A DNA stretch of 64,000 bases from Longimicrobiales bacterium (GCA_965249725.1 CBDFMQ010000002.1:960001-1024000), one strand, 5' to 3'. Positions 1-10,186 are shown, counted from the stretch's first letter. Notes: generated from the sequence alone by a model not told the origin. A program made the numbers and translations.

Positions 1-183
1 GTCGTGTTAGGCCACAAGCGTTACATCCTCAGATCTCCGCGGCAAAAGCCACGTAGATCGCGACGTTGGATCTCCAGTGAACTGGACAGCTACCGACTGG
101 CGCTTCCCATCCCTTGCCTCCGGCAGAGGCCGCGAATAACCTGTCTATTCCTAGGCCGACACCCCCCGCCAGGAGGCCGTATT

Positions 184-1707
184 ATGAAGCGCCGCACTTT
201 CCTCCGCTCGAGCTTCGGCGCTGCCGCCGCGGCCACTCTTCCGTTCCCGAATCGCCTCGAGGCGGCTCTTGCCGACTCGGCTTTTCGCCCGGTTTCCAAA
301 GTGCCAGCCGATGTGAAGGCGATCACGGGCGACGGTAGAGAAGTTACGCTGACGTCCGAGGCCATTGCCGACCTGGCCGCGAGGCTACGAGGGAACGTGT
401 TGATGGCCGGTGACGACGGTTACGACGACGCCCGCCGGGTCCTCAATCCGTCGTTCGACAGGCGACCCGCGTTGATCGCTCAGCCGACGGGGACAGCGGA
501 TGTTCGGGTGGCCGTCGACTTCGCGCGAGAGAACGACGGGTTGTTGGTCGCGGTCAAGTGCGGGGGCCACAGCTACTCGGGGAAGTCGACCTGTGACATG
601 GGCATGCAGATCGATCTGTCGGCCTTCCGGGACGTGCGGGTAGATCCGGTCGCCCAACGAGCCAGAGTCACGGGCGGAAGCCTCCTGGGGCAGTTGGATC
701 ACGAAGCCATGGCCTACGATCTGGTCACGCCTATGGGCACCGTGTCGCACACCGGTGTCGGCGGACTGGTAACGGGTGGTGGGTTCGGGCGCTTGGCCCG
801 TCGCTTCGGGCTGTCGGTCGACAACCTCCTCTCCGTGGACGTGGTCACGGCGGACGGCGAGTTCCGGCGCGCCAGCGCTGAGGAGAATCCGGACCTGTTC
901 TGGGGGGTGCGAGGGGGCGGTGGGAATTTTGGCATCGTCACTTCGTTCGAGTTCCAGCTCCATCCGATGCAGCGCCAGGTTTTGGGCGGCCGAATCATGT
1001 TTCCCATCTCGATGGCGCGGGAGGTCCTCACGCTGTACGGCGAGTATGGACCTACGACGCCCGACGAGCTGCAGTTGGACTGTGTGGTCGTTCTGCCGCC
1101 TGGGGGAGCACCCGGAGTCGCGGGATTCGGCATCTGTTACTCCGGGCCCCCGAACCAAGCCGACCGAATGCTTGCGCCGATCCGAAAGCTCGGAACGCCG
1201 CTTCAGGACACCGTTCAAGTTGTGGACTACGTCGCGCTGCAACGTTCGGGGGACGTAGACGATTTCAGGGCGCGAGCAGCGTATCTGAAGAGTGGCTTCA
1301 TGCGGGAGATCCCCTCCGGCTTCATATCCGCGGTCGTGGACGAAATGGAGGGACATCCGGATCGCTTGACTCAGGTGGTCCTCGTGCAGGGCGGTGGTGC
1401 CATCGGTCGCGTTCCCAACGGGGCGACGGCGTTCTCGCAGCGTGAGGAGTTCGCCAACCTGCTATGTGTCGTCAATTGGCCGTTCTCGATGGACGGCAGC
1501 GAGCACATCGAGTGGATCCGTGCGTTTTGGCCCCATCTCGAGCCGTTCACACGTGGGTTCTACACCAACGACCTCGACCCCAACGCCACGGCCGACGTGA
1601 TCAACGCCAACTTCCGCGACAACTACAATCGGCTGGTGGCGGTGAAGAACAGGTACGATCCGAAGAACCTGTTCCGCTTGAACGCGAACGTCGAGCCGTC
1701 GGTGTGA
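184..1707 (+). CDS. Tat-exported FAD-binding oxidoreductase (VAO/BBE-like family)
   Basis: Twin-arginine MKRRTFL start after GGAGG; CGGHS flavinylation motif, RGGGGNFGIVT, C-terminal YDPKNLFR BBE motif. Confidence 0.85.
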   Translation: MKRRTFLRSSFGAAAAATLPFPNRLEAALADSAFRPVSKVPADVKAITGDGREVTLTSEAIADLAARLRGNVLMAGDDGYDDARRVLNPSFDRRPALIAQPTGTADVRVAVDFARENDGLLVAVKCGGHSYSGKSTCDMGMQIDLSAFRDVRVDPVAQRARVTGGSLLGQLDHEAMAYDLVTPMGTVSHTGVGGLVTGGGFGRLARRFGLSVDNLLSVDVVTADGEFRRASAEENPDLFWGVRGGGGNFGIVTSFEFQLHPMQRQVLGGRIMFPISMAREVLTLYGEYGPTTPDELQLDCVVVLPPGGAPGVAGFGICYSGPPNQADRMLAPIRKLGTPLQDTVQVVDYVALQRSGDVDDFRARAAYLKSGFMREIPSGFISAVVDEMEGHPDRLTQVVLVQGGGAIGRVPNGATAFSQREEFANLLCVVNWPFSMDGSEHIEWIRAFWPHLEPFTRGFYTNDLDPNATADVINANFRDNYNRLVAVKNRYDPKNLFRLNANVEPSV

Positions 1708-1729
1708 GGGTGTGCCCGTAGTCTTCGTA

Positions 1730-1757
1730 CGTTGAGACGGACAACGGGATCGAACAC
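1730..1757 (-). pseudogene. 5' remnant of Ser/Thr kinase gene (M-F-DPVVRLN)
   Basis: Resembles start MSDPVARLN of the kinase at 7223; lies just downstream of leader repeat copy A. Confidence 0.5.
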
Positions 1758-1767
1758 GGCCACTCCG

Positions 1768-1816
1768 GGATCAGACCGTGGTCAACATCCGAGAGCGGTC
1801 CGGTAGGCGCAAGCAG
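1768..1816 (-). repeat. Promoter-like leader repeat, copy A
   Basis: ggatcagacc..tcaacatcc..gcgcaagcag shared with 7771, 11221, 12721; minus strand reads TTGCGC-N17-GATGTT. Confidence 0.6.
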
Positions 1817-1895
1817 GGCCGTGTCAGGTGCCCGAAACTGAGCAACTCGGCGGGGGCCAGACGATTCGCCGTCGTCGGGACGCACCGCATCCACG

Positions 1896-2360
1896 CTACA
1901 ACTCCGTGGCCGGTTGATCTTCCGCCAACTCGATGGAGTCGAAGCCCAGCAAGTCATCGTGGACAAAGATTTCGGCCTCCATACGTAAAGCGACTGCTAT
2001 GGAGTCGGACGGGCGCGCATCGATGGAGATCACCTCTCCGTGCCGGCGCATGATCATCTCAGCCAGGAAAAGATTCCCATCCAGCGGACCGATGATCACC
2101 TTTTCGAGTTCTCCGTCCAGGCTCTCCAACACGGAGACCAAGAGGTCATGGGTCAGCGACCTGCGGAACTTCTTGGCCGCAAGTTCCACCGCGATGGCAC
2201 TCGCCTCTCTGGGGCCGATCCAAATGGGGAGCACTCGCTCCCCGCCCTCTTCTCTGAGAACAACAACGGGCATGTGGGTCCTCCGGTGCAACCCGACGCT
2301 ATCCACACCGACTTGAACTAAAGCAGCGGAATTGGACCCAAGGCCCGCCTGGCCGGTCAT
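1896..2360 (-). CDS. Bifunctional nuclease family protein (DUF151)
   Basis: LPIWIG..EA.AI, LTHDL, IDARPSDSIAVALR motifs; start uncertain. Confidence 0.85.
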   Translation of the reverse strand: MTGQAGLGSNSAALVQVGVDSVGLHRRTHMPVVVLREEGGERVLPIWIGPREASAIAVELAAKKFRRSLTHDLLVSVLESLDGELEKVIIGPLDGNLFLAEMIMRRHGEVISIDARPSDSIAVALRMEAEIFVHDDLLGFDSIELAEDQPATEL

Positions 2361-2421
2361 TCGCGCAGCCAGACGGCCACCACCCTGTGGACCGGAAGCG
2401 AATCAGGAGGACGTTTGCCCA

Positions 2422-2465
2422 TGCGCTCAAGATATGGGTGATGCTGAGGTTGGGCGATGGCTGGA
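2422..2465. repeat. 44-bp dispersed repeat, copy 1
   Basis: 43/44 identical to 8557-8600. Confidence 0.85.
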
Positions 2466-2554
2466 TGGAAAGACGCGAAGGTGAAAATGCACCAGCTGCG
2501 ATGCGGCATACGAGAGGCAATCAGAGGACTTGCTGACGGGGGATTCGTGCGTCG

Positions 2555-3730
2555 TTAACCGGCATCGAGAGCCGTTTCGAGTGCCCGTAGCAAGGCCTCG
2601 ACATCCTCGGTGTCGTTGTACACGTGCGGTGATACCCGGACGATCCGTCCACGCACGGACACGTGGACGCCGAGCTTCCTGAGTTGAGCTTCCATACGCT
2701 TCGGGTCGGTCTCAGTAGGGAGCCGCAATCCGAAGAGATGGGTAGTGTCCGGCGGTTCGAGGCTTATACCGAGCGCCTCCAGCCGAATATCCCCAAACAT
2801 GGTCTCCGTGAGGTCGGCAATGTACGTCGCGATGTGCGGTACGCCCCACTCAAGGAGTTGCTCCAGCGCAGCAATCAGCATTGGCACGAGGACGAAGTTG
2901 GCGGTTTCGCCCACGTCGTAGCGGGCCGCACCGGCTCGGTACCCATCTTCCTGGCTCACTAGGCCCGAGAAATCGTCGCTTCCGGCCCTGCCGATCCAAG
3001 TCTCTTCGAGAGGTATGCCATCGTCGTACCGCGGCCCGTAGTACGCGGTCCCAATGGAGTATGGCCCAGTCAGCCACTTGTAGGCGGCGCACACAAGCGC
3101 ATCCGGCTGAATCCGCTCAATATCGAAGGGCTCCGCACCAACCGACTGGGTGCCATCGACCACGAGGGCCGCCCCGACCTCGCGAGCCCGCTCACCGATG
3201 CGCTCCAGATCGAATCGTGTTCCGTCGGTCCAGTGAATCGGCCCCAGCGCCACGACGGCCGTATCTCGGTCAATCGCGTTGAGAATCGCCTCGTTCCACG
3301 CCTCAGTACGCATCGCCCCAGTGATGGGCGGCTGTACGTTTCGGATACTTGCCCCGGTGTTCGTACAAACACGTCTCCACACGTGGACGTTCGATGGAAA
3401 CTGCTCGTGGACGGTTACCAGGTTCTGGCCTCGCTCGACCACGGTATTCCGGGCGACCGTGGCAAGGCCGTAGGAAGCCGCTGGGATGATGGCTACGCGC
3501 GCCGGATCCGGTAGGTTTACGAGATTAGCGAAGAGCTGTCGGACTTCATCGCAGCCCGTAAAGAAGTCTGCCGGCTCAATCGTGGTCGGTACCGCCTTCC
3601 TCAGTACCGCTGCCGCTCCGGCGTCCTGCACGCGTTTCGAAAGCGGAGACATGTAGGCACAGTTGAGGTAGTGCAACCCCGCAGGAAGAGAGAAGCGATC
3701 CTTCTGACATGTCAGCGCCGGCCGGCCCAT
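2555..3730 (-). CDS. Class V PLP-dependent aminotransferase-like enzyme
   Basis: YLNCAYMSP, VVDGTQSVG, AAYKWL (PLP lysine), RVSPHVYN. Confidence 0.85.
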   Translation of the reverse strand: MGRPALTCQKDRFSLPAGLHYLNCAYMSPLSKRVQDAGAAAVLRKAVPTTIEPADFFTGCDEVRQLFANLVNLPDPARVAIIPAASYGLATVARNTVVERGQNLVTVHEQFPSNVHVWRRVCTNTGASIRNVQPPITGAMRTEAWNEAILNAIDRDTAVVALGPIHWTDGTRFDLERIGERAREVGAALVVDGTQSVGAEPFDIERIQPDALVCAAYKWLTGPYSIGTAYYGPRYDDGIPLEETWIGRAGSDDFSGLVSQEDGYRAGAARYDVGETANFVLVPMLIAALEQLLEWGVPHIATYIADLTETMFGDIRLEALGISLEPPDTTHLFGLRLPTETDPKRMEAQLRKLGVHVSVRGRIVRVSPHVYNDTEDVEALLRALETALDAG

Positions 3731-3732
3731 GT

Positions 3733-4263
3733 TCACGGCGAAGACCATCTCCTTGTCGGCCGCGGCCGCCAATCGCGGTACTTCAAGTAGGCTGGGTCAA
3801 CACCCTGCTGATGCCGCGTCAACTGATCGCACAGCCACTGGATCCACTCGTCGAATTTCTCGCCCCCTTGCTCCATGCGTTGTTGGCTCGCCCAGACGCT
3901 CATCTTTTTCCACGCGGCCAGGACGACGACTCCCATCAGTTCCCAAACCATGTCGAGAGACGTGATTCGGCGATGCACCATGATACCCACCGACTCGAAA
4001 GTGAGGCTGACGAGCATGGCCGCGTCCTCGTACTGTGGATCCTCGCGCATCCTCTCAGCAGTGACTCCGTCAGGCAGTGAGAGCACAAGCCGAAGCGCAT
4101 GAGCAAACTCGGGGGTCTGGAAGGACCGGGCCAGCTCAAGTGCCGCCATGTCGTACCGTTGGCGACGGAAGTTCGCGAGCTGGAGAACTGCGAACACGAC
4201 ACTACCAAGGACGATTGCGGCACCGATGACCTCCGCGACGTTTGCCAATGTGTTGAGATCCAT
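3733..4263 (-). CDS. DUF4760-like membrane-anchored protein
   Basis: N-terminal TM helix, FESVGIMVHRR, FDEWIQWL. Confidence 0.55.
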   Translation of the reverse strand: MDLNTLANVAEVIGAAIVLGSVVFAVLQLANFRRQRYDMAALELARSFQTPEFAHALRLVLSLPDGVTAERMREDPQYEDAAMLVSLTFESVGIMVHRRITSLDMVWELMGVVVLAAWKKMSVWASQQRMEQGGEKFDEWIQWLCDQLTRHQQGVDPAYLKYRDWRPRPTRRWSSP

Positions 4264-4451
4264 GAGTTCCTCGTCTGTTTGATTGGCTTCCTTCGGCGAG
4301 TTCGGAATTACCTATGCCGGGAATGATCTACCGCCCCGCATACTGCGGCCTCGTGACGGCTTGAGAAGGGGCCGGCGGTCCATGCTGGGAAAACCACCTC
4401 GGACGATCACCACGCCTTCCACGAAGACGCGCAGCCAAGGGACCTGACGGT

Positions 4452-7223
4452 TCAATTCGGCACCCGCTCCTTCAACTCCTCGAAGAAGTTCACGACGACC
4501 GTGAATCGCTCCTGCCCGCCTACGGCGACCGCGGACTGCGCGGCCGGCTGAGCGACCACGATCCGGTCTCCGTCGGGATGTATGTCCCAGTACTCCGGCA
4601 CGTAGTCCCCGGTGAGCACGAGGTCCTCGGACAACACGGCGAAGGTAGGCTCGGTGCGAACTCTGGCTGCAAACAACGAATCGACGGAAGCGTTTACCCT
4701 TCGCCAGTAGTAGATCGTGCCGCCGTCGGGCGACCAACGAGGAAACTGACCACCGCCACTGGAGACGATGAACTCTCGTCCCGCATCGGGGAAGCTCCGC
4801 ACGTAGACGTCGTCGGTCAGCCCTTGATTGGATTGGTAGGCCGCCCAGGCAGCGTCGGGCGAGACCGCGACGTCGTCGAGGTCGGACTCCGACCGGACGT
4901 ATACTGTCGCGCTGGCGTCTGCCGCGGCCGTGGCTATCCAGAGGTCGGAACGACCACCTACCGGCTGGGGACCCTCGAACAACAACAGATCGTTGACGCT
5001 CCAGGCGCGGACGTCCTGGGAACGGACTTCCGTCAGAATCCGCTCCTCTGGATCAGAGCCGTTCACGGTCCTAACGAACAGATCCCTCTCCTCTGTACCG
5101 TCCCGATTCGAGCTGAATACGATTTGTGTACCGTCGGGCGACCAGACCGGGTAGCGGTTTTCACCTTCTGAGGTGAACCGGGCCGGCGTGGTGCCCATCT
5201 CGACGCTGTAGATGTAGATGTGCGCATTGCCCGGTACGCCGCTGTAGTAGGCGATGGAACGTCCGTCGGGTGACCACCGAGGGGTGCCGAACATCCGTGG
5301 GGTGAGGGACAGCGTATCGGCAGCGCCGGACAACTCCGCGACGACAAGGACTTGTTCATTTGGAGCAGCGGAGGTCACGCCCCCCGAGCCGTACACCAAC
5401 GTGCCGGTGGTCGAGAGCGAGTAGTGAGCGCGATCGCCTCGTCGAAGGTCGACCTCGTCCAGCACCGGCACTGCCGCGCCAGAGACCTGGAGCGCTTCGA
5501 GGTCGAAGGGAACGGCCCACAGCCCACCGCCGGAGTGTGCGAAAAGAATGTGCCCGGTTTCTAGATAGATCGGGTCGACGCCCTCGGGAATCAGGGTATG
5601 CACCGAGTCTGTCTCCAGATCCAAGACACCGATCCATTGATCCCCGGACAGCCGTGCAAATGGGTCCGACGTTGCGGTGGCACCCCCACTGTTCGTCACG
5701 AGTATCCCTTGGCCTCCCGGCAGCAGCCGGGGGTGCAGCACCCATCCGGCGCCTTCGAGGAGGGGCTCGGGCTCACCACCGTTCTCGGACACACGAAAGA
5801 GACCTTCATCAGCACGGAACACTATCGTGCCGTCGTCACCCCAGTGCGGGAAGACCGGGTTGGTGAGAACCCCGCCCCGCAGGACAGTTGATGGCGAACC
5901 TCCGTCGAGGGAGACCTTCAGGAGCGGGTCCTGGGCGGCCTGGGCCGCCCCAGACAACTCTCGGTACACGATCCACTCGCCGTCGGGCGAGAAAGCGGGA
6001 TACCGCGCGTTGTCGGTGCCCGGTACGGGCCGGAATTGCGCCTCGCCCTCGCGTCGAAGGTAGAGGCTGCCTCCGGCGGCAGTTGGGTCGCTCGCAAACG
6101 CGAACGCGGAGCCGTCCGGCGATATGATAAGGTCTCCATTCTGGTCGACGGCGATTTCGCCGAGGTCCAGACTCAGGCTAAGGGATACGGGCGTGCTTTG
6201 CGGGGCACGCACAACCCAAAGCGACACCGCGGCTACGGCGGCGACCGTGCCCATGAGCAGGGTGGCGATGGAGCGGCGGTCTCGCAGCCATGGTCGAGCC
6301 GCTCCGGTGAAAGGGGAGACGGGGGCCGCCAGGGCCTCAGTCGGCTGACCCGTGCCCGTCGGACTCGACCGGGCTTGATACGAGAAACTCTCGTCCCCGA
6401 GTGCCGTCGCGAACTCCGCCGCGCTCTTGAAGCGGTCGGCGGGCAGCTTCTCAAGTGACTTCGCCAGGGCGGCACCGACGTTGGCAGGCACGGTCCTTCG
6501 CTCGTTCGTTATCGACGGTGCGTCCGTCGTGAGAATCTTTACCAGCACGGATTGGGCGGTAGTGGCCGAGAAGGGCGGCTGCCCGGCGAGCATCTCGTAG
6601 AGCACACAGCCGAGGGCGTAGACGTCCGACCGCGGGTCAACGTCCCGGTCGCCCGTGGCTTGTTCGGGGCTCATGTAATGTGGAGTGCCCAGGCTGAGTC
6701 CCGTCTCGGTGATCCGTCCAGCCCCGGCTTGGGCAACGGCCAAGGCGATCCCGAAGTCGGCGATTAGCGGCTCGGCCTGCTCGCTCAACAGAATGTTGGC
6801 AGGCTTTATGTCGCGATGAACGACGCCGTGCCCGTGCGCGTAGTCGAGTGCGCCCGCGACCTTCTGCGTGATGGCGACCGAGTCCTGCACAGCGAGTTGC
6901 TTCTCGCGGTCGATGCGCTCCCTGAGTGATTCCCCTTGAACGTGGGGCATCACATAGAACAGGAAGGAGTCGGCTTCGCCCGAGTCGTGTAGCGGCAGGA
7001 TATGGGGGTGCGTGAGGTTCGCCGTGGTCTTGATCTCAGCCAAGAACCGTTCCGCCCCGACTACCGCAGCCAATTCGGGCTTCAAGACCTTCAGCGCGAC
7101 CTTGCGCTCGTGCTTCAGGTCATCGGCCAGATAGACCGTGGCCATCCCACCTTCGCCTAACTCACGCTCGATGGCGTAGCGGCCTTCGAGGGCGGCGTTC
7201 AGGCGGGCGACGGGATCGGACAC
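4452..7223 (-). CDS. Hanks-type Ser/Thr kinase with TM helix and TolB-like (PD40) beta-propeller
   Basis: GEGGMATVY, VALK, HRDIKPAN, DFG, GTPHYMSPEQ; repeated W/FSPDG motifs. Confidence 0.95.
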   Translation of the reverse strand: MSDPVARLNAALEGRYAIERELGEGGMATVYLADDLKHERKVALKVLKPELAAVVGAERFLAEIKTTANLTHPHILPLHDSGEADSFLFYVMPHVQGESLRERIDREKQLAVQDSVAITQKVAGALDYAHGHGVVHRDIKPANILLSEQAEPLIADFGIALAVAQAGAGRITETGLSLGTPHYMSPEQATGDRDVDPRSDVYALGCVLYEMLAGQPPFSATTAQSVLVKILTTDAPSITNERRTVPANVGAALAKSLEKLPADRFKSAAEFATALGDESFSYQARSSPTGTGQPTEALAAPVSPFTGAARPWLRDRRSIATLLMGTVAAVAAVSLWVVRAPQSTPVSLSLSLDLGEIAVDQNGDLIISPDGSAFAFASDPTAAGGSLYLRREGEAQFRPVPGTDNARYPAFSPDGEWIVYRELSGAAQAAQDPLLKVSLDGGSPSTVLRGGVLTNPVFPHWGDDGTIVFRADEGLFRVSENGGEPEPLLEGAGWVLHPRLLPGGQGILVTNSGGATATSDPFARLSGDQWIGVLDLETDSVHTLIPEGVDPIYLETGHILFAHSGGGLWAVPFDLEALQVSGAAVPVLDEVDLRRGDRAHYSLSTTGTLVYGSGGVTSAAPNEQVLVVAELSGAADTLSLTPRMFGTPRWSPDGRSIAYYSGVPGNAHIYIYSVEMGTTPARFTSEGENRYPVWSPDGTQIVFSSNRDGTEERDLFVRTVNGSDPEERILTEVRSQDVRAWSVNDLLLFEGPQPVGGRSDLWIATAAADASATVYVRSESDLDDVAVSPDAAWAAYQSNQGLTDDVYVRSFPDAGREFIVSSGGGQFPRWSPDGGTIYYWRRVNASVDSLFAARVRTEPTFAVLSEDLVLTGDYVPEYWDIHPDGDRIVVAQPAAQSAVAVGGQERFTVVVNFFEELKERVPN

Positions 7224-7238
7224 GGGTAGCTCGACGGG

Positions 7239-7517
7239 CTAGACCACAAATTCCTTGTCTAACACGAAGACCTTCACGGTCTCGCGTTTGACCCCATCGT
7301 GGGCCATGGCCTCGGCCGTCGCGGGAGAGTCCAAGATGCTCATGTACGTATCTAGGTCGCTGGCATCGAGGCAGATAGCCACTTCGTTCCCCTCATTCGT
7401 CGCGATGCCAATGGGTCCTGATACTGTCTGGCTCCTGAACAGGTCACCGTGGGTTCGGAAGCCTTCCTCCCACTTCACGAGGTCTTCAACTTGGGCTGTG
7501 ATGACGATCCTTGGCAT
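7239..7517 (-). CDS. Small hypothetical protein
   Basis: 92-aa ORF MPRIVITAQVEDLVKWEEGF with GGAGG upstream; probably co-transcribed with the kinase. Confidence 0.7.
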   Translation of the reverse strand: MPRIVITAQVEDLVKWEEGFRTHGDLFRSQTVSGPIGIATNEGNEVAICLDASDLDTYMSILDSPATAEAMAHDGVKRETVKVFVLDKEFVV

Positions 7518-7587
7518 CTCATGCCTCCTTCGTGGCCTGAGTGATTCGGGCAACGGCCTTCCAATGCTGCGGTCATGTGGGATACCT

Positions 7588-7639
7588 GATCAGACATGGC
7601 CGCAAGATGCGTCTAGGGTGTGGGCGGCGGCAAGCAGAA
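7588..7639 (-). repeat. Promoter-like leader repeat, diverged copy B
   Basis: gatcagac...gcaagcagaa ends conserved; minus strand TTGCCG-N18-CATCTT. Confidence 0.45.
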
Positions 7640-7656
7640 CCCCGCGAGCCCTTAGC

Positions 7657-7743
7657 TCAAGGCCCCATCCCAGGAGTCGCCGTTCGCTTTACGACCTTCT
7701 GATACCATGCCCAGAATCTCGTGAACCATTTCTTGAAGACCAT
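7657..7743 (-). CDS. Putative 28-aa Trp-rich cationic peptide
   Basis: MVFKKWFTRFWAWYQKVVKRTATPGMGP; GAGG RBS; follows leader repeat copy C. Confidence 0.4.
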   Translation of the reverse strand: MVFKKWFTRFWAWYQKVVKRTATPGMGP

Positions 7744-7770
7744 AGCACCTCATCACTCGACAACGACGGG

Positions 7771-7825
7771 GGAGGATCAGACCGAGACCAACATCCTATC
7801 CGCAGGTCGGGAAGCGCAAGCAGAA
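7771..7825 (-). repeat. Promoter-like leader repeat, copy C
   Basis: ggaggatcagaccgagaccaacatcctatccgcaggtcgggaagcgcaagcagaa, near identical to 11230 and 12730. Confidence 0.85.
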
Positions 7826-8105
7826 GCGATCCTCATTAAGCGCCGTACTACACGAATAGGACGTGACCGTCCTCCGATCTTGCCAAAGCCGTCCGGCAGA
7901 GTCTGGTCAACTACTCCTAGGGACGTCACGCCGCGAAGCGGGAACTCCATCTCCCTCGAGTGGCAGAGCGAACGATGGCGAGGGTAGTGGGAGCCCCTGA
8001 GGAGAACCGCCTACCCGCCTGGCCCCGCTTCTGAACTGACACTATGATGCGTGGATAGTCTTGACATCGGTCTCGAACACCCCGCTGTGAGCCAGGGAGT
8101 AACCC

Positions 8106-8534
8106 ATGCTGATTGCTAGGCTCGTGGCGCTCATCGAGGAGCACGCAGACGAGTTGACAGCTCAGTTGGTTCGGAAGATCCGCGAAGATCCGCGTACGAG
8201 CGAGTACCGCCGGTTCGACGAAGCCGAGCTTGGTAGACGAGCACACGATGTCTACGCCCACTTGGGCCGTTGGGTGGAGCGGACCTCAGAGGGCCGTGTG
8301 GAGGAGGAGTACTTTCGGCTGGGAGCTACCCGCCGGGCAGAGGGAATTGCACTGTCTCAGGTGGTCATCGCTCTCCTCCTGACACGTCGCAATCTCTGGC
8401 AATTCGTCGATTCGTTAGGCGGGGATACGATCTTGGAGCTTCGCCAGCAGTTGGATCTTGAGTTGCTCGTCGTTCGGTTTTTCGACCGAGCGATTTACCA
8501 CACGGTGAGGGGCTACGAGTCCACATCCCAGTAG
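8106..8534 (+). CDS. RsbRD N-terminal-like all-helical protein
   Basis: LIEEHADEL, LGATRRAEGIALSQV, FFDRAIYHTVRGYE; GGGAG RBS. Confidence 0.6.
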   Translation: MLIARLVALIEEHADELTAQLVRKIREDPRTSEYRRFDEAELGRRAHDVYAHLGRWVERTSEGRVEEEYFRLGATRRAEGIALSQVVIALLLTRRNLWQFVDSLGGDTILELRQQLDLELLVVRFFDRAIYHTVRGYESTSQ

Positions 8535-8556
8535 GTACTGCGAGTAGCCATACGCG

Positions 8557-8600
8557 TGCGCTCAAGCTATGGGTGATGCTGAGGTTGGGCGATGGCTGGA
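8557..8600. repeat. 44-bp dispersed repeat, copy 2
   Basis: 43/44 identical to 2422-2465. Confidence 0.85.
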
Positions 8601-8679
8601 GGGGACTGATGCGGGGGCGGCGATAGGCGGGACGAACTGCATCGGCCCGTCACCTCAAGGGCTCGAAGGTGCGCTTCGC

Positions 8680-9495
8680 TTATGATGCCCATCCGTCGTC
8701 CGACTCCATGGCCTCTGTCGCGTCCCAGAAAGGCTTCCCTAGGAACTCGGCCAATTCACGGGCGTCTTCCCTGACCCTCTTCAGATTCCAGTGATCGATC
8801 ACGGCGATGCGCGTGGCGTCGGCGAGGACCAGGTTAAGCTCGTAGCTGTAGGAATTGCTGTCCCATCTTCCTCGCACCCACTCGGGTATGACCTGTACCG
8901 CGTAGATCGAGTCGAGCGACACCGGGGTATCCTCATCCTCCCGTAATGAGTACGACGGCTCCCCAGGGCCATCCCTGTACTCAGATCGACGCAGGTCGAA
9001 GACGTGCAACGTCAATAACTGACTCAGCCCTCGAACTGAGCCGATCACCAAGACCACGCCGGTGAGAAGGAGAACGAGGCGCAGGTCCCGGGCGGGAGAA
9101 GGCCCCACGAGCATGAAAACCGCGATCACCACCCCTAGCACGCCGGCACTACCCCAGAAGCGTTTGGAGCCGGTCGTGGCCACGAACTCCAAGCGCTTCG
9201 GCGACCGGTGCACAAGGCGGTGGGTCCGGTAGCCCGAGCCCCCTGCATTCGCGGGACCCCACGAGGTCTCGATCGCGACGGGATCGCCCAGTGTGGTCGG
9301 GTCGAACGGAGGGGGCCCCTTCGGTTCCATCCCGTAGAACCAGGAGCGGAACCGCAAAAGAAGAGGCTCCGGCGCTTGCGTCTTGTCCCACTCACCGTTC
9401 CGACGCCCGTACTTGCCAGTTGCGAGGGCCAATGCAACCGTGCCGACAAGTATCGCCCACCACCACGCTCGGATGAACTCAGTTACGGCTTCCAA
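8680..9495 (-). CDS. Hypothetical membrane protein, probable cassette gene
   Basis: Three hydrophobic segments, YSYELNLVL..G/A.R motif; starts ~25 nt after a GTTAGGC core site. Confidence 0.7.
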   Translation of the reverse strand: MEAVTEFIRAWWWAILVGTVALALATGKYGRRNGEWDKTQAPEPLLLRFRSWFYGMEPKGPPPFDPTTLGDPVAIETSWGPANAGGSGYRTHRLVHRSPKRLEFVATTGSKRFWGSAGVLGVVIAVFMLVGPSPARDLRLVLLLTGVVLVIGSVRGLSQLLTLHVFDLRRSEYRDGPGEPSYSLREDEDTPVSLDSIYAVQVIPEWVRGRWDSNSYSYELNLVLADATRIAVIDHWNLKRVREDARELAEFLGKPFWDATEAMESDDGWAS

Positions 9496-9517
9496 ATGAC
9501 TCTCTCTCTCGTGGTCC

Positions 9518-9610
9518 GCCTAACGAGCTTCCGATTCCCCTACGCAATCTACCATGCAACTGGCACTCCGCGGGCCAGCATTAAGGCTGACAACTGAATC
9601 GGGCATGGGC
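9518..9610 (-). other. Degenerate attC site
   Basis: GTTAGGC core on minus strand at 9524-9518, CGATTC/GAATCG inner arms; the other R box has decayed. Confidence 0.35.
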
Positions 9611-9779
9611 GCACTCGGGGATCAGAATCCCAAACGCCAGCAGAATCGACCCCACGATCCGGCGACAACCTGCACCGGGTGCCCCTAATGGGTAACCTCC
9701 TGCAGGAGCCGATGCACTCGACGGAGTTCGGTCTCGAGTTGAGCCGCGTTACGGCGGGCGATCCTGTTCAGTGTTGTCC

Positions 9780-9879
9780 GCTCAACGGATTGCGATTCTG
9801 TTGCGCGACCAAGATGCCGACCGCAAGCGGAGCGCGCGAGCTAGGTGTCTACCGCGACTGCAGCAATCGCTTGTTAGGC
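9780..9879 (-). other. Integron attC site (100 bp)
   Basis: Minus strand GCCTAAC-AAGCG-ATTGCTGC...ACAGAAT-CGCAATCC-GTTGAGC; imperfect palindrome with an extra base in L''. Confidence 0.85.
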
Positions 9880-9937
9880 AGCCGGCGATCGACTATGCTT
9901 TTTGTGTAATTACGATGTGCTTACCGGAGGTATTGGG

Positions 9938-10186
9938 ATGAAGGCCAAGATTGTGCAAATCGGAAACTCCAGAGGGGTCCGAATTCCTAAGCCCTTGCTC
10001 GAGGAGGCGGGGCTAGAGGATCAAGTGCAGCTAAGAGTGGTCGAAGGGGGAATAATGATCGAGTCAGAGAGGGCTCCCAGAGCCGGATGGGCCGACGCGG
10101 CGGCGATGGCGCACCAACGCGGCGATGATGCGCTACTTGATGATGCTGTCGCAACGCGATTCGACGAGACTGAGTGGGAATGGTAG
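9938..10186 (+). CDS. mazE: AbrB/MazE-family antitoxin
   Basis: KIVQIGNSRGVRIPKPLL, C-terminal EWEW; GGAGG RBS; GTAATTAC palindrome at 9906-9913. Confidence 0.9.
   Translation: MKAKIVQIGNSRGVRIPKPLLEEAGLEDQVQLRVVEGGIMIESERAPRAGWADAAAMAHQRGDDALLDDAVATRFDETEWEW

Noticed and set aside
2555..3730. Class V aminotransferase as a selenocysteine lyase supporting the selenoprotein
   Set aside because: It is 25 kb away and I see no catalytic-Cys loop near the C-terminus; the link is unsupported
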